Assembly (NCBI GenBank): GCA_017617125.1 | Contig: JAFZWY010000002.1 | Coordinates: 3,386 to 67,385, forward strand | DNA from: Bacteroidales bacterium | GTDB lineage: Bacteria; Bacteroidota; Bacteroidia; Bacteroidales; ML635J-15 | Direction: 5' to 3' | DNA length: 64,000 nucleotides | Part shown: positions 43,658-54,549 of the stretch, piece after piece | Numbering within the stretch: position 1 is the first letter of the stretch | Layout of the letters: every line of letters begins with the position of its first letter | Made by a program: the position numbers and the translations under genes | The notes under the pieces: model-generated | Database searches by the model: none | The model's input: only the letters and a program-made list of their open reading frames with translations | What the model was told of the DNA's origin: nothing

Positions 43658-43786
43658 CCTTGGCTTTCAATCGCATATTCAACCGATCCGAACCTTTTTT
43701 CAACTGATTGATGTTAAAGAGGCTAAATGCTTTGTCATTTTTCCTATTAAATTTACAAACGAAGGAAATGCAAGCCATATTTTTTT

Positions 43787-43794
43787 TACCTTTG
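43787..43794 (+). promoter_or_regulatory. -7 promoter box TAccTTTG of the GH97 gene
   Basis: The sequence is tttttttacctttgtcaacc, with 25 nt to the ATG. Confidence 0.5.
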
Positions 43795-43813
43795 TCAACC
43801 AAATAAAATGTAA

Positions 43814-46117
<2,304 letters not shown>

Positions 46118-46139
46118 TTTTTAGTTGTAGAAATTTGCA

Positions 46140-46147
46140 TACTTTTG
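46140..46147 (+). promoter_or_regulatory. -7 promoter box TActTTTG
   Basis: The sequence is gcatacttttgcaagc, with 22 nt to the ATG. Confidence 0.5.
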
Positions 46148-46169
46148 CAAGCATAAAAAACATAATGAA

Positions 46170-46778
46170 ATGAAAAGCATACTAACACTTATCTTATTGA
46201 TCTGCAGTTTGTTCTCGTTTGCACAAACTGTAACTTATCAGGACATTCAAGCCCAAAGGTCGGCAAGAGATTTGACTGGAAGAAAGGCCGGTGGCGACAT
46301 TACTGAATATGTTGCTTCCGATGGTGTTTCATACAAAATAGGCTCAACGATTACATACGGCTATCCGACAAATGGAAAGTATTATCTTTATTACAAGGAT
46401 GTTACTGGCAGTTGGTTAAATGCTATGGCAGATGATTCTGACAATGCCGCTTCAAGTGCTGCAAATCAGGAAGTCGCCGAACGAGTGGAGAACCGTGCCG
46501 GTGGAGTAGCAACCATCAAGAGAATCCAATGTATACCGATTGACCCATACAACAAGCTTAACAGCGGATGCAAGATATACCTTGTGCTCAATCGTGGCGG
46601 TTTGGCTTGTACCAACTTCGAGGAGGCAATTGCTGTTGGCGAAGTGCAAACAAAGATGAAATCTTCCGAAGCTGCTCTTCAGGAATTAAAAAAATGGAAG
46701 GAAAAGCTTGATTTGCAAATTATTACCCAAGAGGAATACGATGCCAAGAAGGCAGAACTTATGAAGTATATCGACTAA
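46170..46778 (+). CDS. Secreted protein of unknown function with C-terminal SHOCT motif
   Basis: 202 aa with signal peptide MKSILTLILLICSLFSFAQ. The C-terminal IITQEEYDAKKAELMKYID resembles the SHOCT short C-terminal domain. Confidence 0.7.
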   Translation: MKSILTLILLICSLFSFAQTVTYQDIQAQRSARDLTGRKAGGDITEYVASDGVSYKIGSTITYGYPTNGKYYLYYKDVTGSWLNAMADDSDNAASSAANQEVAERVENRAGGVATIKRIQCIPIDPYNKLNSGCKIYLVLNRGGLACTNFEEAIAVGEVQTKMKSSEAALQELKKWKEKLDLQIITQEEYDAKKAELMKYID

Positions 46779-46947
46779 TAATAGGCAATATCGCTGAGGT
46801 CGAAATGATATAACTGACTTTTTCTCACGGTTCTTTCATTTTGGCAATATTGTTACTTATGATACAAGCAGTTAGCATTTGAATAAATCCGCTGGCGGAG
46901 CTTGTCAAAGTCAAGGTGACGAAATGAAACAATGCTTATTAACCTTA

Positions 46948-46971
46948 CCCTTCGACAGGCTCAGGGGGCGG
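46948..46971 (+). repeat. GC-rich mini-element copy CCCTTCGacagGCTCAGGGGGCGG
   Basis: It stands out against AT-rich flanks and is bracketed by ttaacc...ggttaa. It is related to 60547-60571. Confidence 0.4.
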
Positions 46972-47042
46972 TTAAATGAAAGAGCCGAGATAACAGCCAC
47001 AAAAAAAGTCAAAAAATTATTTGCCACTTCGGTAAAAAGGTG

Positions 47043-47050
47043 TACTTTTG
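47043..47050 (+). promoter_or_regulatory. -7 promoter box TActTTTG of tRNA-Arg
   Basis: The sequence is gtgtacttttgcag, 14 nt before the tRNA. Confidence 0.55.
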
Positions 47051-47064
47051 CAGTCCAAAATGAT

Positions 47065-47138
47065 GGTCCAGTAGCTCAGCTGGATAGAGCAACGGCCTTC
47101 TAAGCCGTAGGCCACAGGTTCGAATCCTGTCTGGATCA
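47065..47138 (+). tRNA. tRNA-Arg (anticodon TCT)
   Basis: GGTCCAG TA GCTC AGCTGGATA GAGC A ACGGC CTTCTAA GCCGT AGGCC ACAGG TTCGAAT CCTGT CTGGATC A. Confidence 0.9.
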
Positions 47139-47140
47139 CA

Positions 47141-47167
47141 AAAGCACTGGGAATCAGTGCTTTTTTT
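47141..47167 (+). terminator. Terminator after tRNA-Arg
   Basis: The sequence is aaagcactg-ggaat-cagtgcttttttt. Confidence 0.8.
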
Positions 47168-47181
47168 GTTAAGTCAAAGAC

Positions 47182-48165
47182 ATGGGAACGATATTGCAGC
47201 CGAATTTTCAGGAAATAGCGAAAGGCATCGGAATCGACCTAACGGGCTTCGAAAAATTGCTGATTGACACCATAAATTCCGACAACAGCGACTTCAAGCC
47301 GATGCTACAGCACGTTTTCAACGCAAAAGGCAAACGCATCCGTCCCCTGCTCGTCTATCTTTCGGCAAAGATTTTCGGCAAGCCTACAGTAAGCACCGAC
47401 CGCGCCGCCCTAATAGTCGAAATACTGCACAACGCAACACTTATCCACGACGACATTGTAGACGAGTCAGACATCCGCCGCAACCAACCCACGCTCAACG
47501 CGACCAAGGGCAACAAGGCTGCAGTACTCGCTGGCGACTACCTGTTTGCAAAAGCAATAAGCATAGCCGCACAGAATGGCGAACACGCAATCATCGACAT
47601 GCTTATGCCTACCGTCTGCGCAATGAGCGAGGGCGAACTGCAACAGCTTGATTCAAAAGACTTCAGCACCGACGAAGCAAGGTACTACGAAATCATTTTC
47701 AAGAAAACGGCTTCGCTGATAGCATCGTGCATGAAAGTCGGAGCAGTTACCGCTGGTGCAAGCGGACAGCAGGCCGAGCAGATTTGCAAAATCGGCGAGA
47801 AAATCGGCTACATCTTCCAGATAAAGGACGATATGCTCGACTACTCGTCCAACGGCAAGACTGGCAAGGAAAGCGGCAACGACATCAAGGAATGCAAGGT
47901 TACAATGCCGCTAATCTGCGCATGGAACAACATGTCGCGCAGCGAACAAGCCAATTTCCAGCAACTTTGGAACAGTCCACGCACAGCCGAAAACATTGAG
48001 CAGATTCGCAAGGCAGTCATCGCAAAAGGCGGAATGGAAGGCAGCCACAAACGCACAATCGAAATCAAAGATGAAGTTTTCGCCCTTATCGGCACTCTGC
48101 CCCAAATCAACTACTGCACTTATTTAAAGCAAATTACGGAATACATTATCGAACGCGAAAAATAG
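47182..48165 (+). CDS. Polyprenyl diphosphate synthase (IspB-type, long-chain trans-prenyltransferase)
   Basis: 327 aa with first Asp-rich motif LIHDDIVDESDIRRN and second motif FQIKDDMLD. Confidence 0.9.
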   Translation: MGTILQPNFQEIAKGIGIDLTGFEKLLIDTINSDNSDFKPMLQHVFNAKGKRIRPLLVYLSAKIFGKPTVSTDRAALIVEILHNATLIHDDIVDESDIRRNQPTLNATKGNKAAVLAGDYLFAKAISIAAQNGEHAIIDMLMPTVCAMSEGELQQLDSKDFSTDEARYYEIIFKKTASLIASCMKVGAVTAGASGQQAEQICKIGEKIGYIFQIKDDMLDYSSNGKTGKESGNDIKECKVTMPLICAWNNMSRSEQANFQQLWNSPRTAENIEQIRKAVIAKGGMEGSHKRTIEIKDEVFALIGTLPQINYCTYLKQITEYIIEREK

Positions 48166-48171
48166 CACGCC

Positions 48172-49116
48172 ATGAAGCAAGTTGAAATAACCCACGCCAA
48201 GAACGGATTCGGAAAAGCACTGGCCGACCTCGCCGACACCGACAAAAGGATTGTCTGCCTCGGACTCGACATCACCAACTCGGTGGGCATGAACTTTTTC
48301 AAGGAACGCCATCCCGAAAGGTTCTTCTCGATGGGCATAGCCGAACAAAATGCAGCCGCAACAGCCGCCGGACTTGCACTTTCGGGAAAAATCCCTGCAT
48401 TTTCAACCTACGCGGTATTCTCGGCTCTCAGAAGCATCGACCAGATAAGAGTTTCGGTATGCTACAACAACCTTCATGTAATAATCGGCGGCGCACACGC
48501 AGGCATTTCTGTTGGTCCCGACGGTGCAACTCACCAAGCACTCGAAGACCTTGCCATCATGCGTTCGATGCCAAACATGACAGTGCTCAGTCCCTGCGAC
48601 GAGAACCAAACCTACTTGGCAACCCTTGCAGCAGTAAAGCAACTCAACACGCCATGCTACATTCGCTACGGACGCGAAGCCGTTCCAAACTTCACCGACA
48701 AGAACGACAAGTTTGAAATCGGCAAGGCTCAGTGGCTCCGACACGGCAAGGATATCGGACTGATAGCCACAGGTTCGATGGCCTGGACAGCTCTAGAGAC
48801 AGCAGAACGCCTTGAAGCAAACGGAATTTCAGCCGCTGTGATGAACATTCACACCCTAAAGCCAATCGACAAGCAGGCGATAGTTGACATTGCCAACGAA
48901 ACTGGCAGAATCATCACCATCGAGGAACACCAGATTACCGGCGGACTTGGCGGAGCAGTTGCCGAAGTGCTTGGCGAACACCGCCCCACCCCGATGAAGA
49001 TAATAGGTATGCCCGACTGCTTCGGCGAATCGGGAAAGCCAAGCGAACTGCTTAAAATGTTTGGACTCGATGCCGAAACCATTACGGCAAAGGCACTTGC
49101 ATTCATAAACAAATAA
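48172..49116 (+). CDS. Transketolase family protein, C-terminal (Pyr plus C-terminal domain) subunit only
   Basis: 314 aa: GIAEQNAAATAAGLALSGKIPFAST, GAHAGISVGPDGATHQALEDLAIMRSMPNM. No N-terminal TPP-binding subunit gene is adjacent. Confidence 0.88.
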   Translation: MKQVEITHAKNGFGKALADLADTDKRIVCLGLDITNSVGMNFFKERHPERFFSMGIAEQNAAATAAGLALSGKIPAFSTYAVFSALRSIDQIRVSVCYNNLHVIIGGAHAGISVGPDGATHQALEDLAIMRSMPNMTVLSPCDENQTYLATLAAVKQLNTPCYIRYGREAVPNFTDKNDKFEIGKAQWLRHGKDIGLIATGSMAWTALETAERLEANGISAAVMNIHTLKPIDKQAIVDIANETGRIITIEEHQITGGLGGAVAEVLGEHRPTPMKIIGMPDCFGESGKPSELLKMFGLDAETITAKALAFINK

Positions 49117-49125
49117 GGGAAAGAA

Positions 49126-49548
49126 ATGTGTGAAATCATTGTAAACGACATCAGCGAACTTCGCAGCGCAGCAAAAAAATTCCTCGAATACGCAGGCGAT
49201 AATAAAATTTTTGCCTTCTATGGTGAAATGGGCGTAGGCAAAACGACATTCCTCAAGGAACTCTGCCGCGAAATGGAAGTCGAGGACGAAATCACAAGCC
49301 CCACCTTCGCTATCGTAAACGAATACTACTCAAAGAAATACGGACAGATTTTCCATTTCGACTTCTACCGCATCGACGACCTTCGCGAAGTATATGACAT
49401 GGGCTTCGAGGAGTACCTTGAAAGCGGAGCCTATATCTTTATGGAATGGTCGGAAAAAATCGACCACATCCTACCCGATGGCATAGCAAAAGTCACCATT
49501 ACACAAGACGATAAGCAAGTCAGGACGATAAGGATGATTTTCAATTAA
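49126..49548 (+). CDS. tsaE: tRNA t6A37 biosynthesis ATPase TsaE
   Basis: 140 aa with Walker A GEMGVGKTTF, SPTFAIVNEY and HFDFYRI. Confidence 0.92.
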   Translation: MCEIIVNDISELRSAAKKFLEYAGDNKIFAFYGEMGVGKTTFLKELCREMEVEDEITSPTFAIVNEYYSKKYGQIFHFDFYRIDDLREVYDMGFEEYLESGAYIFMEWSEKIDHILPDGIAKVTITQDDKQVRTIRMIFN

Positions 49549-49585
49549 TAATGTATTTGCATCCAGCAATACATTGCGGGCTATA

Positions 49586-49736
49586 TACCTATGTTTTGAA
49601 ACAAGAACCTCCAATTTTTACCTATATTTTGGAACAAAATTTACCAAGTTTTACCTATGCTTTGAAACAATTTAAATCAAATTTTACCTATGTTTTGAAA
49701 CAAAATTTGTTAAAAATTACCTATGTTTTGAAACAA
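49586..49736 (+). repeat. Array of five direct repeats, 19-nt core TACCTATGTTTTGAAACAA, exact 33-bp period
   Basis: Core starts are at 49586, 49619, 49652, 49685 and 49718. Copies 1, 4 and 5 are identical, copy 2 has two substitutions and copy 3 has one. The 14-nt spacers are unrelated. Confidence 0.9.
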
Positions 49737-49741
49737 ATTAT

Positions 49742-49749
49742 TATCTTTG
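49742..49749 (+). promoter_or_regulatory. -7 promoter box TAtcTTTG of the ATPase gene
   Basis: The sequence is attatctttgcaacg. It lies 5 nt after the last repeat core and 26 nt before the ATG. Confidence 0.55.
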
Positions 49750-49775
49750 CAACGTGATTTAAAATTGATGTTCAG

Positions 49776-51113
49776 ATGTTTAGACGAAAGATAACAGAAT
49801 CTCTAGAAAAATGGGCAAACAAGGAAGACCGTAAACCTCTTGTGCTAAGAGGTGCTCGACAGGTTGGAAAGACCACTGCCGTAAACGAATTCGGCAAACA
49901 GTTCGACAACTACCTATATGTAAATATGGAGCGCGATGCCAACCTAAAGCTATTCGAGGAGACAGATGATGTGCATGCGCTGCTCGAAATGTTATTTCTG
50001 AGTTGCAATGTAAAAAAGAAAAACGGACGGACTCTGCTGTTTATCGACGAGATACAAAATTCGCCAAAGGCAGTTGCCAAACTGCGCTATTTCTACGAGG
50101 ACAGCCCCGAGATATTCGTCATAGCCGCAGGCTCGCTGCTGGAGACAATGCTCGACAGGCACATATCGTTTCCTGTGGGCAGGGTGGAATATATGGCAAT
50201 GCACCCTTGCTCGTTTCACGAATACTTGTGGGCAATAGGCGAAGAACGCTTTGCCGACCCAATAATGGACGCATCGCTGCCTTCGGCATTCCACGACACC
50301 ATGAACGGACTTTTCAATACATACGCACTTATAGGCGGAATGCCAGAAGTAGTAAAGACATACGCAGCAAAAAGAGATGTGTTGTCGCTGTCGGAAAAAT
50401 ACAGCCAGCTAATAACTTCGTACAAGGACGATGTAGAAAAGTACGCACAGCGCTCGTCGCAGATAAATGTGATAAGATACATACTCGAAAATGGCTGGGC
50501 ATTCGCAGGAGAGGCAATAACTCTCGGAAACTTTGCCGAATCTTCGTACAAGGCACGAGAAACAGGTGATGCTTTCAGAACCATGGAAAAGGCTATGCTA
50601 CTTGAACTTGTCTATCCGATAACCAACGAAAACATTCCGATAGTTCCAGACCTAAAAAGGTCGCCAAAACTTATATGGCTCGACATAGGACTGGTAAACT
50701 ATGCATCGCACATACAAAAGGAATACCTGTATAGCAACGACCTTCTGGACACATGGAAAGGAAAGTCGGCAGAACAGGTTGCAGCCCAGGAACTAGCAAC
50801 ACTTACCGATGATTTCGGACAGAAACGCAACTTCTGGGTCAGGGCTCAGAAAGGCGCAACTTCGGAAATAGATTTGGTTTATCCTTACGAAAACAACATA
50901 ATACCGATAGAAACAAAAAGCGGTCACAATGCGCATCTAAAGTCGTTGCACCAATATATGATAAAAGCGCAGCATCGACTTGCAATAAGGATATGGTCGG
51001 GCAAATTTTCGGTAGATACCGTAAACGATGCCAGTGGCAAACCGTTCAAATTGGTGAACCTGCCATTCTATTTTATGTCGGCAATACCAAAGATAGTAGA
51101 GCGTGAAATATAA
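49776..51113 (+). CDS. AAA-family ATPase of the COG1373 type (AAA_14 plus DUF4143) with PD-(D/E)xK-like C-terminus
   Basis: 445 aa with Walker A GARQVGKTT and Walker B LLFIDEIQ. C-terminal SEIDLVYPYENNIIPIETKSG resembles a restriction-endonuclease-fold motif. Confidence 0.85.
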   Translation: MFRRKITESLEKWANKEDRKPLVLRGARQVGKTTAVNEFGKQFDNYLYVNMERDANLKLFEETDDVHALLEMLFLSCNVKKKNGRTLLFIDEIQNSPKAVAKLRYFYEDSPEIFVIAAGSLLETMLDRHISFPVGRVEYMAMHPCSFHEYLWAIGEERFADPIMDASLPSAFHDTMNGLFNTYALIGGMPEVVKTYAAKRDVLSLSEKYSQLITSYKDDVEKYAQRSSQINVIRYILENGWAFAGEAITLGNFAESSYKARETGDAFRTMEKAMLLELVYPITNENIPIVPDLKRSPKLIWLDIGLVNYASHIQKEYLYSNDLLDTWKGKSAEQVAAQELATLTDDFGQKRNFWVRAQKGATSEIDLVYPYENNIIPIETKSGHNAHLKSLHQYMIKAQHRLAIRIWSGKFSVDTVNDASGKPFKLVNLPFYFMSAIPKIVEREI

Positions 51114-51239
51114 TTCATTTTTGCACTCATCGTATCTTATAACTATTTGACAATAAACACAAAACACATATCACGATCCTTATCTATATTCCCCACAGAA
51201 AAAAAACACCAAGATTGAATTTCCTATCGAAAAAAATTG

Positions 51240-51247
51240 TATCTTTG
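51240..51247 (+). promoter_or_regulatory. -7 promoter box TAtcTTTG of tRNA-Leu
   Basis: The sequence is ttgtatctttgcaccgcaattc, 11 nt before the tRNA. Confidence 0.55.
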
Positions 51248-51258
51248 CACCGCAATTC

Positions 51259-51340
51259 GCGGATGTGGCGTAATTGGTAGCCGCGCTAGACTTAGGATCT
51301 AGTGCCGAAAGGCGTGGGGGTTCGAGTCCCTTCATCCGTA
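51259..51340 (+). tRNA. tRNA-Leu (anticodon TAG)
   Basis: Class II tRNA with acceptor stem GCGGATG/CATCCGT (G1-U72 wobble) and anticodon stem-loop CTAGA-CTTAGGA-TCTAG. It has a long variable arm and T-loop TTCGAGT. Confidence 0.85.
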
Positions 51341-51346
51341 CAACCG

Positions 51347-51376
51347 ACCGCATGACAATTTCAAGTGCGGTTTTTT
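51347..51376 (+). terminator. Terminator after tRNA-Leu
   Basis: The sequence is accgca-(13 nt)-tgcggt followed by tttttt. Confidence 0.6.
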
Positions 51377-51425
51377 AGATTATAAGATTTTGTAATTTAG
51401 TAATTTATCAAAAAAAGACGACCTA

Positions 51426-52772
51426 ATGGAAGTTGTAAAAAACCAAATTGACGATTTAAATCTTACGCTGAATATCTCCGTAAGCAAAGAAGACATCGAA
51501 GGAAACGTAGAGAAGACCTTGAAGGACTACCGTCGCAGAGCAGAAATAAAAGGTTTCAGACCAGGCAATGCTCCTATGGGATTGGTAAAGAAAATGTACG
51601 GACAGGCTGTACTAGCCGACGAATTGAACAAGTTCGTAGGAAAGACTCTCAGCGAGTACATTGAAAACGAAAAGTTGAACATCCTCGGCGAACCTCTGCC
51701 AAACGAAGGCACAAAGACCATCGACCTTGCAAAGGACGAAAAGTTCGAATTCGCATTCGACCTTGGTATTGCCCCTGAATTTGAAATTAAGCTCTCGAAG
51801 AGAGACAAACTCAACAAGTACATCGTAAAGGCAGAAGACAAGGACGTTGAAAAGTACATCGAAAACTACAGAAGCCAGTACGGAAAGTACGAAGACGTTA
51901 AGAAAGCAACTGCTAAGTCGCTCCTTACCGGTAGCCTTACACAGATTTCTGAAGACGGTTCCGAAATCGAAGGCGGCATAAAGAACGAAGAAGCAAGCCT
52001 CGCTATCGAATTCATAAAGGACGCTAAGATTAAGAAGCAGTTCACTGGCGCAACAGTTGACACTATCATCGATTTCGACATCAAGAAGGCATTCGAGGAA
52101 GAAGGCAAGATAGCCGTTATGCTTAAGGCTAAGAAGGAAGAAGTTGCCAATATGACTCCTAACTTCCGCCTCGTAGTCAAGACCGTAAAGGAATACAAGC
52201 AGGCAGCAGTTAACCAGGAATTGTTCGACAAGTGCTTTGGCAAGGACGTTGTAAAGACCGAAGAAGAATTCCGTACTCGTATCGCCGAAGACATCACCGC
52301 TTCGTTCAAGCGCGAAAGCAAGTACAAGATGATGCTCGACATCAAGGAAAAGCTTGCAAAGAAACTTGATATCAAGCTTCCGGAAGAATTCTTGAAACGT
52401 TGGGTTAAGGTTACAAACGAAAAGCTCACTCAGGAAGAAATCGACAACGAATTCCCGAAGTTCCTCGACGACCTCCGCTGGACTCTCATCAAGACCAAGA
52501 CCGCTAAGGATCACGACATAAAGGTTGAAAAGGAAGAACTCGAAAAGGCTGCACAGGAAATGGTTGCCGCCCAGTTCGCTCAGTACGGAATGGCTTATAT
52601 TCCGAACGAATACGTAGAAAAGTATGCTAAGGAACTCCTCCAGAAGGAAGACGAAGTTCGCCGCATCTACGAACATGAACTCGAAGACAAGGTTGTCGAC
52701 TTCCTCGCTGAACAGGTTAAGCTCGAAGACAGCGAAATCACTATCGACGAATTCATGAAGTTGTTCAAGTAA
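51426..52772 (+). CDS. tig: Trigger factor
   Basis: 448 aa. The N-terminal ribosome-binding domain has IKGFRPGNAPMGLVKKMYG. It has an FKBP-like middle domain and a helical C-terminal domain. Confidence 0.9.
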   Translation: MEVVKNQIDDLNLTLNISVSKEDIEGNVEKTLKDYRRRAEIKGFRPGNAPMGLVKKMYGQAVLADELNKFVGKTLSEYIENEKLNILGEPLPNEGTKTIDLAKDEKFEFAFDLGIAPEFEIKLSKRDKLNKYIVKAEDKDVEKYIENYRSQYGKYEDVKKATAKSLLTGSLTQISEDGSEIEGGIKNEEASLAIEFIKDAKIKKQFTGATVDTIIDFDIKKAFEEEGKIAVMLKAKKEEVANMTPNFRLVVKTVKEYKQAAVNQELFDKCFGKDVVKTEEEFRTRIAEDITASFKRESKYKMMLDIKEKLAKKLDIKLPEEFLKRWVKVTNEKLTQEEIDNEFPKFLDDLRWTLIKTKTAKDHDIKVEKEELEKAAQEMVAAQFAQYGMAYIPNEYVEKYAKELLQKEDEVRRIYEHELEDKVVDFLAEQVKLEDSEITIDEFMKLFK

Positions 52773-52789
52773 ACTTCATAAAACCATAC

Positions 52790-52820
52790 AAAAAAAAGGT
52801 CTCGAATCGAGACCTTTTTT
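52790..52820. terminator. Bidirectional terminator between tig and the M14 peptidase gene
   Basis: The sequence is aaaaaaaaggtctcgaatcgagacctttttt. Confidence 0.85.
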
Positions 52821-52840
52821 ATTTTATAGGATTACGTTCC

Positions 52841-54532
52841 TTACATTTTCACAAACTTGGCCTGCGAAACATCATCGCCTGAATATACCTTTATTATATA
52901 TTGTCCTGCTTTCAAAGCCGACACATCAACCATACCGACGATATTCTTCTTAGACAATACCAATTTACCGGAAACATCATAAATATCAACTGCAGTGAAA
53001 TTCCTATCGCTACCGATAAACAATTTGTCGGCAACCGGATTAGGATACAACGAGAAAGAATCATTGTCACTTTCTATAATCGTCTCCGGGTCATAGCCCT
53101 GCACCAACTGCACATCGAGAGGGAATGCTGCACCGTCGGTAATATCAACAGCAATAGTCTTATGTATGTAGCCACTGGCATAGAACGAAACATTATAGTG
53201 TCCAGCCTTCAAAAAGCGGTAATACTCGCCTGTAGGCAAGAAAGAATACACTTGTGAATTGAAATAATCGTGACCGTTAACAAACACCATAGCCCTCAAC
53301 GGTTCGCCTGTAATAGAATCGGTTACAAAACCTTGCAATCCCATAGTTGCACGCTTCATATATGCCATCATAGGCGGAATATTTCGTGATGTGTAGCTAG
53401 GCAGCAAATCGTTCTGCAATTTTTTTTCGAGACTAAGCTCCAAAGTCACCTCGCGGCAATGCTTGAAATAATTCATATAGTCCTGACGGCTGCCAGTAAT
53501 TGTGTACCACGCATATCCGTTTGTGTAGCCACTTGGGAAATCACTAGTCATATACGAAAGATCGTTGCATGCCTGACGCGCCAAGGCAACATATTCGGCC
53601 GAAACAAACTGCCACCAGGCGTCGTCGGCAGGAAGTGTCTGCTCGGTATCAAAAGGATAATTAACCAGTTCGGCACCGCTATGCAAGTTTGCCGACATTA
53701 CAAAATTGTGATTGTCTGCATACTGCATAAAGGCTTCGGTTTCAATTGCATAAGACTCACTGCCATCTGGATGCTCGCCTGCATTAGCATCGGGGAAATT
53801 GCGGTTTATATCATAAAAATGCTCCCATCCTTCACCATCGCGAGTATACCTAATTGAATTATTCACAGAATCGGGGGTGAAAAAATATGTTCCCTCCGGA
53901 TTAGACAGCGGATTTATGAATATCTCCATATTATCGACCAAATACGAAACCTCCTGGTCTGTTCCATATTCACGCAAAAGCTTGTCGATAAGCCTCAGAC
54001 ATACCATTCCGCCAATCAACTCGTCACCATGCATCTGTCCTCCGAGGAAGAATTCTGGTTCAGCCTCGTCGGTGTTAACATTGTCGGAAATTTTTAGCGC
54101 AAGCAACTTGTATCCCGAATAAGATGTTCCTATAGTGTCCAGCTTGCAAAGTTCGGGATAGGTTGTAGCAAAATATTGCATCATATCGCAATAAATGCTG
54201 TAGGTCGGATATACATTCCAGGCAAACATATCATTGAGCGACTCCGCCATTTGCAACGCGTCCTTAGCTTCATAATATTCGCGCACAGGCTCACAGTCGA
54301 TTCCCAACTTTCGAAATCCGGTAAATTCACGCACATTAGCATAGGCATAGCAGGTGCCATCGCGATAACCGTCGATGGATACAATTCTCGAAATTTCATT
54401 TAAACGCTCGGGGGCTACCTGAAACTTGAAATACAACTCGCCACGCTGCATAAGAATACTTTTTGCATCCATCTGCGAAAATGCCAGCAATGGAAACACA
54501 AGTACAGCAATTACAAAAAACAACTTGTTCAT
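52841..54532 (-). CDS. M14 zinc carboxypeptidase with T9SS type A (Por_Secre_tail) C-terminal sorting domain
   Basis: Signal MNKLFFVIAVLVFPLLAFSQ. Zinc motif GGQMHGDELIGG. C-terminal FSLYPNPVADKLFI...VDIYDVSGKLV...LKAGQYIIKVY. I place the start at ATG 54532 because the -7 box lies inside the track's 30-codon extension. Confidence 0.9.
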   Translation of the reverse strand: MNKLFFVIAVLVFPLLAFSQMDAKSILMQRGELYFKFQVAPERLNEISRIVSIDGYRDGTCYAYANVREFTGFRKLGIDCEPVREYYEAKDALQMAESLNDMFAWNVYPTYSIYCDMMQYFATTYPELCKLDTIGTSYSGYKLLALKISDNVNTDEAEPEFFLGGQMHGDELIGGMVCLRLIDKLLREYGTDQEVSYLVDNMEIFINPLSNPEGTYFFTPDSVNNSIRYTRDGEGWEHFYDINRNFPDANAGEHPDGSESYAIETEAFMQYADNHNFVMSANLHSGAELVNYPFDTEQTLPADDAWWQFVSAEYVALARQACNDLSYMTSDFPSGYTNGYAWYTITGSRQDYMNYFKHCREVTLELSLEKKLQNDLLPSYTSRNIPPMMAYMKRATMGLQGFVTDSITGEPLRAMVFVNGHDYFNSQVYSFLPTGEYYRFLKAGHYNVSFYASGYIHKTIAVDITDGAAFPLDVQLVQGYDPETIIESDNDSFSLYPNPVADKLFIGSDRNFTAVDIYDVSGKLVLSKKNIVGMVDVSALKAGQYIIKVYSGDDVSQAKFVKM

Positions 54533-54549
54533 ACGATAACATTTGAATG

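Noticed and set aside
46879-47103. 74-aa ORF upstream of and overlapping tRNA-Arg
   Set aside because: It runs through the tRNA promoter and into the tRNA itself, and it contains the GC-rich mini-element. It is non-coding.
49551-49757. The 68-aa ORF (MYLHPAIHCGLYTYVLKQ...) as a repeat protein, or the repeats as a CRISPR array
   Set aside because: The ORF exists only because a 33-nt (11-codon) DNA repeat happens to lack stops in one frame. Conservation is confined to the 19-nt core at DNA level, and the spacers are free. The spacers are 14 nt and there are no cas genes, so it is not a CRISPR array. I kept it as a DNA repeat finding.
51612-52676. 354-aa and 187-aa ORFs antisense to trigger factor
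   Set aside because: These are shadow ORFs caused by the GAA/AAG-rich sense codons. The products are F/L-rich, there is no promoter, and trigger factor is unambiguous.
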